Origin: Klebsormidium nitens
Lineage: Eukaryota; Plantae; Klebsormidiophyceae
Assembly: GCA_000708835.1 (NCBI GenBank)
Contig: DF236962.1
Span: 1 to 64,000 of the forward strand
Reading direction: 5' to 3'
DNA length: 64,000 bases
Under the pieces are notes generated by a model, which was given only the letters and a program-made list of their open reading frames with translations, was not told where the DNA came from and did no database searches. Each line of letters begins with the position of its first letter. The stretch's first letter is position 1. A program made the translations under genes and the position numbers. Positions 11,232 to 27,500 of this stretch are shown piece by piece.

Positions 11232-14200
11232 ATGGAAGACATGGAGCCCTCAAAGATTTTAGAGAAAATTGTCTTGCAGATCACAAACGGAGGCGCTGAG
11301 TGAGTTTAGCAAAGCTTGGAATCTCTCACAATGCTGTCAGCTGAGAATGCTCGTCGACTTGAGTTCTCAAATTTGTAGGTTGGAAGATGGGTTTGACAGC
11401 CGGTCTTTGTGAATATTTTGTTGTTTGTCAAAGAGTGCGGAATGTGCTTCTTCTGACAAAACTTACCCGTGTCGCCCACATTGTCATATGGTATAGATAT
11501 ACTTGAGTGAGAGCACCACAGTTGTACATTCGCTCTTCAGGAACTCTAAAGCAATATCAGGTGCCACCTTTCTGCTCAGATGTTCAGAGTTTGAAGATCT
11601 TGCTCCATCCTAGTATGGCCTTCCAGATTACGGTGCAGACTCATGTCTCAAGACAGAAAATGGACCAAAGAGGCAACTTTTATTTTTTGAAGAAGGTCTG
11701 ACTTATGGGCAAAAAATCATATCAGGAATTCTGCTGTCACAAGCATGTTTTTACTCTGGTCAAGTCTTCGAGTTCTGTCATTTTCTTGATGCCAAGAAGC
11801 GAATCTTACAGCATTTCTTGGCTTATTAGCAGCTCATGAGCCATCAGATCTAGGGTGAATTTTTTCTATGGGCGTCCTTTTCTGCAAACACTCAACCTTG
11901 GCGCAGACCCCTTCCAGTAAACTTCCACATTGTTCAATGTTATTCTTGTTGAACATTCTGATCTTGGGCATCCTGCCCTCACATGTGTCAAGAGACCTCC
12001 AAACAAATGGCCAGGCTTGGCAGAGGGTGAAACAAAATTTTGGCGTCCAACCCTCCGTCTCACCAGACTGTTCTTGAAAACCAGCCTGCAAGTTTGCTTT
12101 TCCCGCCTGTCTGTCTTGACACCGCACCACCCTTGCAGGTGCGAGATCTACTTGGTGGCAGGCACCGCCAGGCACCGTGTGTCAACCGGGCCACTTGCGC
12201 CCCTGCTGGACCAGCTTGACGCCGTCCGAGAGCAGTACTCTTCGGACGCGTCCGAGATTGTGTTGCAGCCACACGCATCCACAGATGACGTGGGGCCGAG
12301 CCCTAGCGGTGGCTGGAAGGTCTTCAAGCGGAGCAAGTCAAAGGGGAAGAAGGGCAAGAGGGCGAGCACTGGGGGAGAAGAGCCTCCAGCCTGGTTCACT
12401 CGAGAGACTGCCGAGAAGTGAGTGCGGGCTTGGCAAGGGTAATGTGGTGTCTTTTTGAGCTTTGCTGAAACCTTAGTTGCGCAGAGGCCCATTGTGCGTC
12501 TGACTCTGAATTGCTCACGTGAAGTGTCTACCTGCACACAAAGAGCACTTTTCGAGACGCTTCTGGATGGTATCTCAGGTTGAAGGCCTTCGAACTTTGG
12601 CTTCCTTTTTGACAGAAAGTCAAGTGAACTACCCTAACCACCTTCAGGGATGGTTTGGGCAAGTTGAGTGAAAGTAAAGTGACAACAGGCACAGGGTTCT
12701 CCTCACTGATCGTTATGGTAAACGCTGACGCTGTTTGCTATCTGCTATGGGAAAAGTTGCAATCGTCGGCAGCTTAAGTCCATTGCCAAGGGACGGGTAA
12801 ATTCTGATGTCAAAATGCCAACATTTTTATTCTTGACCTCCAGCATAGAAGTGCCGCTCAGAAAAGTAGCATGATGGCCTAACGAGTTTCTGAGTGCTGC
12901 TGCACTTGCCCCCACGGAGTCACTGCCAAGGATGTGGAACCAGGCTTAACTTGTGGACAAGACACTCTGCTTTCTTGCTTAAGACACATTTCCTCTCCAA
13001 CGCTTGTGGATTCTACTTCAGAAACTCAGAAAAGGCCTTTTTCCCCTCCTAATCCCCTTAGGACCTCTTCAAATACTGGGTAGTATGTTGGTCAATGTTG
13101 CTTTACAAGACCTGGTTCCTTCATAATGCTTTTCCGTCCAGACTTTCATCCCACAGATCTGTCAAAATCCGACTAGGGGCTTTCAGGCATAAGTGGAAAA
13201 GGAGACGCATTCAGTCAAAAAGTGTCCATCTTTCCGCAGAGCGTTCCACCTGCTCTCCTCTTTGGAGCTGCTCGAACTGCCGGCCCGCCTGGCGCGAGAC
13301 CTCGAGAAGGTGCATGAGAAAGAGAAGGTGGCGCAGCCGTACCAGCGCGCCAGCCTGGAGACGAGCCGGATGACGCTGCAGCGCGAGTTTGCCAAGGCCA
13401 TGCTGGTGGCCAACTGCGCGGGGTACAAAGCAGAGGACATGGGCCCCGTCAAGAGCTTTGCAGAGGCTTTCAAGGGGAGGAGGCTTGGGTAAGGGGGGCA
13501 CTTTGAGGTGCTCTGTGAGAAAATTTTAGTGACTCCAGAATGTCGATGTGGAGTACATTGTCGCCAGATCTCATCTTCAGATTCAGAATTTTGTTGATAG
13601 CTGAAGTACTGCTCGTGCACAAGGACAAGCCCCCTCCAAAGATCTGACCTCACGGTTTTGGATAGCTTCACGAAGGTTGCCAAGGTCTGACTTTCCACAT
13701 TGTGATGCATCTTCTTTTAAACCAGGACTGCAAGCCCAGCAGCCTGACGATGAATCCTTTCTGCTCCGCAGGGTTGCATGTCAGGCCTTTGAAACGGCTT
13801 GCAGTGCGGCCTTAAGCCGGCTCCCTCCTCAAGCCGCGAAGCAGGTCGCTGCCCCTCCCGCAAGCTGGCCCGCCAACCAGATCCCAGTGATCGAGGCTGA
13901 CGCCTTTGACGACGACAGCGAAGCCCCAGCCGAACCTCAGCAGAGCGTCGGTGAAGTGCAGACACCTACAAAGGTGGAAACAAGAGAAGCGGGCACTGAT
14001 GCAGAAACTGCTGTGGACTCGGGTGTTGCCACTGAGGGGCAGCAGGGTGCGGCGGATGACCTGGTAGATCGTGTTGGGGGAACAAGCAAGGAGAAGAAGG
14101 GGGAGCTAGGGGCGGGCAAACCTGCAGCTGCGGTGGCCAGCAACGGATATCACGGTGTGGAGGGGAAAATGCCCAAGGCTGAGGGGGCAGCACTGGCTAA

Positions 14201-17200
14201 AGCTGTGGAGAACGCAAAAGAAGCCCCTGCAGAAGTTGAGCAAAAGACCCCTGATGCGAAGGAAGCACCGCAGCCGTCAAGTGCGGCGGGCTTGACTTCC
14301 AATGCCCCCGCAAGCAAACGCCCGCAGGAAGTTCTGAGCGCTCCGGATCCTGACACCCCTGAAAAGGGTTCCGCTTCCGATGGCCCCGACCAAGCGCTGC
14401 CCGCCCAGGAGACGCCTGCCAAAGACGGCCCTGCAAAAGCTCCCTTAGCGGCTGCAAAGGACGAGTTTCCAGCTCCGGAGTCACAACCCACTGAGCTTAG
14501 GCAGAACGAAGTGCCCAGCGAAGCCCCGGGTTCAGTCGCCGTCGATGCAGGCTTGCGCGAGATCGAGCCAACTCCAGACCCCTCGTCCCCGGTACTGCGC
14601 GGCAAGCCCGCGCATACCGGAAGCCCCCTCTCCTGGTCGGACGAAGACGAGATGAAGCTGGCGCGGCACAGCTACGGGTCGCAGGGCTTGGCGGGCATTG
14701 GGGCGGCGCCCTTGCACAGCGCAGAGGAACCAGGGGCGTTTGAAAGCGAGGATCTGCCCCTCAGCGCGGCTGCGGGCTCCCAGCCAGTTGACAGCCCATC
14801 TGGAGCGGAGGGGCCTGGGGGGGTCGGAAGAGCGGGGGAGGTGGTGAAGGAGCGGCATTCTGACGAAGCGGCAGAGCCGGAAACGGCTGATGAGGGTAAA
14901 GGGCAGCCGGCAGAGCTTGCGAAGGAGCCCGTCGGGGCGGGGCAAGTTGACGATGAAGGGACAGTACCTAAGGGTAGAGCAAAGGGGGAGCCAGGCAGCG
15001 AGGCGGCCGCTGGAGTAGCGCCCGTGAAGGTGGGGACGTCGCCTGCGCCCAAGGATATCGACGAGCTGTGGCGAATTACAAAGGAGAGGCTCTTCACCCT
15101 TCCCCCTCGGGAGAACATTGTTGAGCACGGTGTTGCTGCCAAGGAGAGAGACCAAGAGGTGGCCTGCGACGTTGCAGAAGCGGGCTCGTCTGAGCACACT
15201 CGCAAGGGCGCAGTATCAGAGACTGGTGCAAGCAGGGGCAGTGAAGCAGCGTCGAACGTTTCGGTGGCTGGGTCGTCGAGGGAGTTGACGAAGATCGGAA
15301 GCGACTCTGGGATGCAGGGAGTGGCGGTGTCCGCCCTAGCGGGCAAGGCCCCTTCTGAGGAAACCGTGGCAGCAGGCTACGGCTCGCGGCTCGCGGCTAC
15401 GGCTGGTAAGTTCCACTTCGGAATCAAGTCGTTCCAAGCGAGGCCCATAAAATTCGGAGTGGGTATGTTGGGAGCATCCCACAAAGTTGGACTTGTGGAT
15501 ATCTGTAGGTAGCCTTTGTGCTTTCAGGCGTTAGAATCGAGGTGTCCTGTCTCGAATTCGGATGTGTTCAAGAGAGCGCTTGTAGACTCAGATGCCGACG
15601 ATTCAATCTGGAAAAAGGGGTGTGCCAGAGGATCGAATGTCCTTGGAAATGCTGTGAGCACTCTGTGTTGTGCCGACCGGAAAAATGAAGAATGTGTTGC
15701 ATTACGGTCTGGTGCCGTATGTGTGGGTCAAAGTCACTGGATGTGAGAAGGACCCACCATACTTGCTCCTCAGATCTTTTGACAGTCTCTTCAATTTCGT
15801 TATCATAGTCGGACGTTTCTAAAGGCTCATCATGCGCTGCTGCTTTGCAGGCGTCCTTTCCGCCACTGCGCTGGCAGCGGAAGGGCAGCGCTTGTCTCAG
15901 CCCCATGAACCCCGTGAAGAAGGCACCGGGCACACAGGCACACCCGTCGACGCTGAGATTGCTCCTCGGGGCGCCTCAACAGCGGTTCCGGAAGGAACAA
16001 ACGGACCGAAAGGCGAGTCAGCGCCCAAGGATGACGCCACGGTGCCAGACACAGCCCCACCGGTCTTAATAAAGGAGAGCGGTGCACCGGCGTCGGAGGG
16101 CGTCGAAACCAGCTTGGCACAGGCGGTCGCTTCCCTTCCCTTTAAAGAGCTGCCGAAGGGAGGAGAGGCTCAGTTGGACGATGGAAGGCGTTCAGTCCCT
16201 GGTGCCAGCACCGACACTCTCCGGGCGTCCGAAGACCCTTCGGACACAGGCCCGATTCCGGTCCTTGAGCAGGGGTCCGAACCAAAGCAGCTAGGCAATG
16301 ACAGCGGTGAGGTGGTCGAGAAAGAGAACACCACGGAGGAAGCCTTCGAAACGCACTCCGACTCCTTGCAGTCTGCCGCTCCCGCTGCCCTGAGTCCGCA
16401 CCCTCCAATTCTTCCCAAAGCGCGCAGCTACGACAAGCCATGGCTGAGCCACTCGGTTCTGCCCGCATCACGGTCGCCCAATGAGGGAGCGCCAGCTGGC
16501 GAGGCGCACGGCCCGAGCAAAGCGGACGCAGGAGCGAAAGACACTGAGCAGCGGGCGTCGGAGGGGCGCGCGCGTCGGGACTCGATGGCGAGCTACAAGG
16601 AGCGGAGGCAGGCCAAGATGAAGGAGCAGGAGGAGCGGATCCGGGGCGAGCATGAGGCGAAACTCAAGGTGAGACTCAGAGGGCAAGGCGGAGGAATACA
16701 TGGAAAAGGCCGACAGGCTTAGGCCGTTCAATTCCTAGTCACATGGAGCTGAAAGCCAACTCAAGGTGACGGCGAAAGGACAAACCTTGAGAGGGCTTAA
16801 CTGAGGCCAAGTTTTTTGTTTTCTCTTTCTGCCGGACTTTTTTCAGTGTTCGTGAGTTATTAGCCGAGCCGACGATCTCCTGTCCGAAGGGGGGGTGAGC
16901 TTTACGAAGTTCGTACGTTTCGAGAATACCAATCCAGAGCATAGGTCCTGAATACTACTTATCTCTCAACATGTGCAGACAATTCGGGGACTGCTTTGGG
17001 AACAAAGTTCGAGATCTTATATTGAATAATAGACATGCTGGGGCCTGGGACGAAGTAAGGACGACGGATTGTAAGGAGATCCATCATTTTCGTATGACCA
17101 CGGTTTTGCAGCCGGGCAATTACCCCACATGTTAGGAGGACTTCCCCTCGAATCGCCTGACTTTAGCAGCAGAGCATGGGGCATTGTCCCGCCCGCTCTT

Positions 17201-20200
17201 GGAAGGCAACTGATCCACCTGCGATACTTTGCAAGCATCTAGAAACGACAAGCGATGGTTTCAATAAGACCCAACCCAACCCAGCAGCAGTCGGTTCTTG
17301 TCTATTCCAAACTCTGTTGGCAAGAAAGTGCGCTAAGCGATTCAAAGGGTGCAAGGTGAACAGTCGGATCATATACTGAACTCAGATCATGAGCACTTTT
17401 CGGACGCAGGCGCTGGAGGACGCTCTCGAGAAGCGGAAGGCCGAGATGGCCGAGCGCAGCCGGCGGTCCGCGCTCCTGTCCGCCACCGCAGCAGACCGGA
17501 GGGCCGCAATGGACGGCACCACAGCAGCGCCGGCAGCACCAGAAGACACCACAGAAGAGGTGAGACAGCGGAATATTGGTCTACGCCCTTAGTTTGAATC
17601 TTGCGAACGCGCTAAGAGGGTGACCTTGAGAGGTGCTGTTCTGCTCTTAGGAGGGCCTAGCTCGCTTACTTTGAGAGCTTAATTTCCAGGAGGCGCTCGG
17701 TCAGTCAGCCACAAGAAGCTGGCTCAACACTTTTGCTCCGGTATTGTGAGAAGAAAGGTTAGAGGTCGGCGTTCCTTTGGAACACTCTGCTTAGTGTCTG
17801 CTCGAGGAGCCTCTCTTTAAGCCCGTTCGCTGCTTTTGAGATGGACAGGAAAAGAATGAGCAAAGTAGAAGTTACAAGAATGTATGCAGCAAATCTGCAT
17901 CTCAAAGTGTAAGCAGTCACATATACATCTTTTTAAATAGCGCAGTGTTCTCAATGCACTCTCTGTTACTTACGACCTCATCGCTGTGCAGCCTTGGGAA
18001 ATCAGAGGGTAGATTTACGATTTTGTGCAACTTCGCAATGGATTGACCTTCGGCGTGCAGGCCAAGGAGCGCGCGCGCGAGCGCCTGCGCAAGTACCGCG
18101 AGGACAAGGGGCTGGCCTCCGCCGAGGCGTCCCCCCCTGTGGGCAGCCGGGTCAACCAGCTGCTGGCCAAGCTGGGGGTCATGGTCGGGAACAGCCCAAC
18201 CGGGCAGTCGAAAACCGGCCCCTCGGCAGCACAAAAGCTTCCCGACGGGAAGAAGTCGGTCGACGGCACACGCGGGAGCTCCATGGAGAGGAGCCAAGAA
18301 GGGCGGAGCCCGTCTATGCCGAAACCCCGAGGGCAGCAGAGCCCCCGGGGGACTTCACCGGGCGCGAGGAACGAGGGGGCAAGCTCCCGGTCAACAAGCG
18401 CTCCTCGCAGGCGCAGCTCCAGCGGACCGCCAGATGGCACGACGGGCGGCCAGACCGCCGCCGACATTCTGAGCCGGTCCATCTCCCCTGGTCGAGCGTC
18501 CATTGTGCGGTCGCCGCAGGCCTCGTCGAGAGGGCCGTCGCCGGCTCGCGCTGCGGCTTCTGTTCTTGGGCCGGGCCAAGCGTCCCCGGGCAGGGCCTCC
18601 CTTGCCAACACTCCCAAATCCGCCGCCTCTCCTTATCCGTCTCCTAGAGGACCCCTCTCAGGCCGGACTTCTCCGAAACCAGGGGGGTGGAACAAGCCTG
18701 CAAACACACCCCCGGCCAAGGTTTCCACGGCAGCGGCCCAAACCACCCCCCGGGCTTGGAACCGGGCGACTTCGGCGCCTCAGGTAGGGGGTCCCCCGTC
18801 GCAGCGAAAAGCACCCCCCCAAGCACCTTCGCCGGGGACGTTCGGACGGACCTCCCGGTCGACATCGTCGGGCACGTTCGGAACTGGCCCCCGGTCTAGC
18901 TCCTTTGGCGCAGCTCCCCGGTTGTCTTCCCCGGGCACTTTTGGTAGGGCTTCCCGCCCAGCCTCTGCGGGGGCGGTAAAGAGCAGCCCGGCAGCGCCGA
19001 AGTTCGTACGGCCCACGAGCGCGTCTGCTGTCGAAAGGAAAGTCGAAGTGCTTCCAGAGGACTCCACGACCGATGGTGGGCGCATTGGGGCGAAGAATGG
19101 GTCGAGCGCGAGGGGCGTCTTCCAGCCCAGGGGACCGTCGAGCGGTTCTCCCTCCACGTCCAGACCGCAAGGTAAGAGTTCTCAAGGGAATTGCTGCTCG
19201 ATACCTGGGTTGTTGCAAGTTTCGTCATCGTCACAGTGGCCTGCTCATCCCGCCCACGCTGGAGATTGTTGGAAGGGCGCTGAGGCCTCTTCAAGTTGTG
19301 GGAGTTGTCCTCTTTGTCTGTAGTCCGGCAGCTGTGATTTCTAATTCTAACTAGGATGACCGGATTGACTCGCTACTTGTAGATAAGGAAATTACGATAT
19401 GGCTAAGACAGACCCAGTCTTTCACTCTATGAAGGTCCACCCTTTACATTCTGTCACGGTGAGTTCGAATTAGCTTTGCCACGTTTCCATCTAAGGTTTA
19501 GATCCCGCTTTCAATTCGAGGCATCAGACCTAGAACCACAACCGCCAGCGACCGCACATCCCTCCGAAACCGGCGCCATTGCAAAGAACCAGCTTCCATG
19601 CTTCAAAAGTCCTCCTTCACTCTGCAGACATCAAACTCCCTCTCTCGTTCTCCCCAGACGGAACCAAGCCCGCCTGGTCCTCCGGCCTGCGCGTCACCGT
19701 CACCGACTCCAATCCCCGCCCCCGCGACCGGTTCGGCAACCGCACCGCACTCCCCCCGACGCCCCACCGGCCCGAACCGAGGCGCTCGCTATCTGCTGCG
19801 GGACCCCCCAGGCGAACGTCGCTTCCAGGAAGCACCCGCAGCGCGTCGACGACGGGGATCAAGCCGGCGCCGGCGAAAGCGGCCGAGGGCTTCAAGAGAG
19901 CGTTCGGTCCAGGTTAGCAACTAACTGCAGACAAGGTATAAACGGTTTAGCCCGGGCTCATCTAGTTTGCGCCCCCGGTGGGCTTGCTACTATGTAAATG
20001 GCGAATGATCCTCTTGTCGAGAAGGTGCATGAAGGGTCTAGAAACACGGCACCACAGATCAGTGGGTTGAGCGGAGACAGCGCAAGCTACTCCCCGTGTC
20101 CAGCAGTCAACCGCTCGGACTTGACTCGACTGCCATTCTGCGACCGATGCTATGCCCGTTAGAACCAGTTCTACTGCTCCGTCGGAATCTGGTTTCGCTC

Positions 20201-21341
20201 GGTGTTATAACCGGCCGCTTCTGGTCACGCAGGCGGGTCGAACCCTTCGACTCCGAGTAGTCAGCCGGCGAATCGCCTCCGGCGAGGCCGCCACAGCATT
20301 GCGGCCGTGCCTTCGGCTCCCAGTCCGGTAGCCACCCCCAGGCGGTCCAGCGGGGGCTTCGGGGCATCGAACACTGCTCGGGAACCCGTAAAGGTTCCCG
20401 CCAACCCAGGGACTCCAGGGTCTGCCCCAAGAACTTCTAGCTATCTCATGTCGGCCAAGGACCGGCTACTCAGCCAGACCAAGGCGTCGCAGGCCAAGCT
20501 GGCCGAGAGGACTACTGCGGCCGTCCAAGATCCGCCGAGCAAGCGGCGGGAGCGGAAGAGCGTCGCCGGAACGGGGCAGGCAGCGTTGGGCGAAAGGAGC
20601 ACCCCGGTTGTTCGCCCTGCAAGGAGAGCGTCTGCCGGAGAAGCGTACCCCCAGGTTGAGACAGATGTGGATAACGCAAGCGTGGAAACCGTGCGAAGCA
20701 CGGGGTCGGTCGCGGGGGGGAGCTTCCCAGCGAGTCCCTTGGTGCACCAGAAAGCCCCGGGTGAAATTCTTGAGACACCGGTGGCGCCGCAAGCGAGCGA
20801 GATTGCGGTGGAGCGGAGCATGGAAGACGCTGGGGTGGAGATGAGGCGGTTGAAAGGGGGGGCGTTGGAGCGGAGCTTGGACAGCGTCGAGCAGTTGTTC
20901 GGGGAGGAGATCGTGCTGGGCGAGGAGGACGGAACGGAAGACGAGCGGAACAAGGCGGAAGCGTTCGCCCGGCAACAGAAGCTGCTGGGGCTGCTGCAGG
21001 CGCGGCAGCAGAGCCCACTTACCGACAACTTGGGGGACATTCGAACGGAGCAAAATTCTGTTGAAAGGAACGGTAACGGCCGGCTCGGAGATGCAAGACA
21101 TGGGCAAATGGCGGAGTCAACTGAGTCTATGTTTGGAACCAAGGGGGAAGGCGGGGGTAGCGATGTTGAGTTCGGCGCTTCCCCCCCGACCAAGATAAGG
21201 AAGCGGTGGGAGGAACCGGTGGAGCCCCTGGTGATGCAGAAGAGCCCGGGGGACAGCGGCGGCACGCTTGGCAAGCTGGGGAAGCTGTTCTCTAGGAAGT
21301 CGAGCAAAGGAGCAGAGGGGGATGCAAGCCCGCTCAAGTGA
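11232..21341 (+). CDS. COP1-interacting protein (CIP7)-like protein with a long low-complexity Ala/Pro/Ser/Glu-rich region
   Basis: Exons 11232-11299, 12139-12417, 13240-13488, 13772-15405, 15851-16668, 17386-17559, 18061-19171, 19628-19912, 20233-21341. The N-terminus (ECEIYLVAG..STGPLAPLLDQL..WFTRET; CAGYKAEDMGPVKSFAEAFKGRRLGVACQAF) resembles the plant CIP7 N-terminal region. The C-terminus has LGKLGKLFSRK. Confidence 0.75.
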
Positions 21342-22120
21342 TGAACCGCGGCGCGGATGCTGGAGAGGGGACCTGTTGTGTTGGGTCGCAAACAGGGGTT
21401 GACGAGGTCATCTCATGGCTTCGTAGATCATAATACTCGCGCAGGCTCTGATGCATTGTCACGCAGATGAATTTTCTCAGTACAGATTGATTATTACTAG
21501 TACAGATTTATTGGTGCAAGTAGTTGGTTGTCGATCTGATTTGGAGTGATTATGATAATTCAGCGAGCTCTGAGGAGCTCTGAGCATCATAGGAACACGC
21601 GTCGTCCTCACTCCGGCCAAGTTATGTAGGCTTAAGTCCAGGCTCGAAGTTCTAGGCTCGCTTATCTGGCTGCATGCGCCACAGCAGAGATGACATTATA
21701 AAACATAAGCAGGGTAAGCATCTGAATAGTTGCGTGCAATGAATAAGTTGGGGCGTGTGAATTTTATGTCGGCATGACCTGCATCGACTACGTTTTGGTC
21801 GAGTCTCATGCCAACTTAGGTACAGTTTTCAAAGTCCTGACAACAAGCTCCCTCAACTCACATCCAACATGTATTTGAGACTGCATGGTTAGTCCATATC
21901 CATGGTGGTGCACAAGAATCATCGTACGTTGTGAATAATAAAGGGAAAGAAGCCATGTGCAAGACTGGAGCTTCGAAGCCCGTCATGAATGCTATTAGTA
22001 TGCCGGCGACAACTCGTCATGCGCTCACGTGCACTGTTGAATGCCTTGAAATTCCAATATCGAAGGCCGACAAACCGGCCTGAATACGATTAACAAGCTC
22101 GCAGTCAGAATCCCGTAATC

Positions 22121-23960
<1,840 letters not shown>

Positions 23961-24524
23961 GACATGCAGCGCCTCCTTTCGAATGCAGCACCTCCTTGCT
24001 CTGTCCTGATCAAAAGTGAGGAGTCTGCTCGTCGTGCCAGCTGTCCCACATTCATACCATCCGCTTATGAGTGGTTACGCGGCCGTATACTCCTCTGGTT
24101 CCAGACGAAAGTCTCCCATACGGAGGCAGGACACAGAGCTGAAGAGCTGAAGACTGAAGAGCTGAAGACTGGTTAAAAGCGCGCCGGGCGGCGGGGCGCA
24201 TGGTTTTTTTGCAGCTCGAATGCAAAAGCCAGAGCCATTTTGATATATGACCATCCTCATGCAAGCAGACGAGGTCGGACCGTGAGGGAGACCTTCTCTG
24301 CAGACTCCAGCTAGCCTGGGGGAGCTAGGCAGAGCTGTCTTCGTCCACTCTCAGGTTTTGCCGTCTGGGCATGGTGTGGAAAGCAAAGCAGAAGGAAGGT
24401 TGGCAAGCCACTTGTGTTTGCATGCAAGCGGTGGCAACGACATGTAACCATAGCTTGTTTCACAAAAGGGTTCTCAGGAACAAAACCAGACTTTTTGGGC
24501 AGACATATGTTTTCTGAGGGGACA

Positions 24525-27500
24525 ATGGCAAAGTCCATTTCTAGAAACCTGTCCGCTTTCAGCCGGCCCCAGAACTCGTTGAGGAGCCTCCTCTCAGGAC
24601 AACAGGATGTCACAGACATGGCCCCGCAAGTGCAGAGGGGAACAGTAACATCCTCTATCAAAGAATTATCCAGTCTAGCTAATGTTGTCTGCAGACAATG
24701 TGCCAAGTAAGCAATTTTTGCTCGAGTGCCTGCAATGAGCTGCCAGAAACAATAGACAAGCTCATTGTATTGGGGGCGGAACACTGTGCATTTCAGCTTT
24801 CCGATGTCCTTTTGTGAACTTGTGGCCTCTTGACATGAAGTTTCTTTCAGAACAAAGGATGATCAAGCACGCACCCCACCAGGATTTTTCTGGACATTGA
24901 GATGTCCTGGAATGTTTTGCAGTCAAGTGAGAGCTTGTTTATCAAATACTGTGTTCGGTAAAAGAGGAAATACTTTCAATATCTAACAAAGTTTTATGTG
25001 CCAGTTGTTGTTGAGTCTCTGGTCTTTGGCCCTGAACGTCCTGGGATACAGCCTTTGCTAAGTCCTGACACGCTGGCATTGAGAATGCGTACTGATGTTG
25101 GTGCAACAATGGACGGACAATGCATCTCTTCTGCTTTGGGAAGCTCCGTTTGAAGGAACAATGTTGAACAAGGGGATTGCACAAGACCTCCTAAAAGCCA
25201 TGCTTTGTTCCATGTTCTCTAACCTCTTGAGGGTGAGGATGCAGGAGCTGCATAAGGAAACCCTTGATGCAAAGGAGAAAGTAAGAGGGCGCTTCAAGGT
25301 GCACTGGAGGACCTAAGTAAGAAAGTCTATTGTCAAAAGTGGCAATCAGAAGGTCCTAAAAGAAAGATATTTATTGCAGGATCCTCCAAGTAGGACTGGA
25401 GGAGCTGCGTGAGCAGTTTGAGTCTGAAGCTTCCGCTGCTGCTAAGGAGCCCCAGCGCTTTGCCCGCAACTTCCTGGAGTATGCCTGTTTCAAAGCCCTG
25501 GCAGTTGCCAATCAGGGCACAGATCCACCCTTGAGAGACCCAGGATTCCGAAGGCTCACCTACGACATGATGGTGGCGTGGGAGACACCAAAAGCAAGCC
25601 AGAAGCCAGTCACAAAGGTGAGGCATTCATTATGGAGCGTGGTTCGATGCCCCTGAAGAGCTGTCTGTAAGAGTTATCCGTTTGCCTGCCCTCGACCACA
25701 CACATTTGGAAGCGGCGGACGATATGGAATACATGGATTTACATCAGTTGCAAGCTCCCACGACTCTTAAGTACTCCTACCATCTGTATGGATCGAAATT
25801 TCAGCAAAGCAGGATATTCCGGAAGTTGCTCGTGTCCGAAGCACGTTCTGTAATGGTGCTGATCAGCTCAATATCCTCTCTTCAGATCGAGAATGAGACC
25901 AGCGTGGGCTTAGAGGCCTTTGCCAGGCTGGCACCTGCGGTGGCCGTTGCAGCAGACAGCATCACGGTGCACTACCTGTTTGATGCCCTCAACGGCAGCT
26001 CGGGCCGCCTCTTGACGTACCCCACCTATGAAAGGTACCTGGTGGAGCTGGACAGGTGAGGCATCAAGATAAGAGGACGTTCTTAAGATTACGAGGACTG
26101 GGCTTTGTTTCTCCTAATCAAGGCACTCTTGGACCTGTCTCATACCCATTCTAGCGCGGATTTGTTAGTTTTAAGTTTGTAGGGGCGATGACTGGTTGCT
26201 GTTTGTGACTCGTACGTTCGTCCTTTCCTGCTTCTTCTGCTCGAGATGTAGTCTAGGACGCTCTAATCAAAGGTCTCTTGTCTTCTGCAGGACGATTCGG
26301 AGCATTCGCAGCAATCACACTGCCACGGCAGCGGCGCAGCTGGGCCTGCAGAAGGGCGAGTCGGTGATTGAGGTCGACGGCAACACTACCACGCCGGTGC
26401 TGCAGCACGTGCGGCTCTCGGCCTGGCCTGGCCGCCTGACACTCACAGATCATGCAGTGTACTTCGAGGTAGGCATCCGCTTGTTTCCTCGCTTTTCCTG
26501 CAGGAACTTGATTCCCGGAGGTTCTAGCAACTTTCGGACGCCATGATGCAGCCTTGAATGGAGCTACAATTTCTGCAGAGCACAACCCCCCGGTTTCACA
26601 CCCTCAGGCTTGTGCAGCCACAGTGCGTCAGGCCAGCTGACACCAGTCCTTTTATTCTCCGCACCATCTCAACGTTTGGGAAACTTCGTTTGACATGGAG
26701 TATGGAGCCATCGGCTCAACATACTTCTTTACAACTCTCATGTCGTAACGACTATCCTCGACCTCTGCAGCCTAGCGGCGTGATGGCATATGACACAGCC
26801 TCCAAGTTCGACCTCACGAGCGACTCGAAACAGCAGATCAAAGCTGACCTGACAGGACCGCTGGGAGCCAAGATCTTTGACAAAGCTGTCGTCTACTCGT
26901 CGAAAGCGAGGTATGTAAGACAAGGGATCTTACTAGAAAGGGGCTCAAGAAAGGGTAAAGGACGCTCTCCACAGATAGCATTCTCAGATCTTTGATTGAT
27001 GTATACCCACCTTCAAGGATCGCCGATAGTTGGTAACTTGCGAAGTTGCAGGCAAGGCTATGGGGTAAAAGCATGAAGAACGGGTCAGTCGTCTGCTGGG
27101 TTACATTGCGATCTGGAGGCTGAAGCAATAAGAAGAGGCTTTTCCAAGTTTCGCTTTGACTCTCTCGCTTTGACCAGGAACTCTTCTCGGGGTCGGGCAA
27201 AGGACTCCTTTTTCATGTGCACGGAAGCAGGGAACTCGATACCCCACTTTTCAGCCACAGCCCTCGCGAGTTGCTGGTCAGACGCTCAGAACCTACAAGT
27301 GGTAAAATAAGAAACAACTAACCCGTTGCCTTCTGTGCAGGCCCGAACCGGTGGCCCTCGAGTTCCCGGAGCTCACGGGCAACACGCGGCGCAACTACTG
27401 GCTGGCGTGCATGCAGGAGATCCTGGCAGTGCACGCGTTCACGCGCACGCACCACCTCGAGGGCATTGCGCGCCAGCAGGCCCTTGCGCGCGCCGTCCTC

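Noticed and set aside
13183-21391. Many long antisense and alternate-frame ORFs (for example 14532-15197, 18015-18617, 20441-21391)
   Set aside because: They shadow GC-rich coding exons of the CIP7-like gene and show no independent protein features.
25095-25316. 73-aa ORF inside DUF639 intron 1
   Set aside because: The flanking exons join in frame without it, and it has no family similarity.
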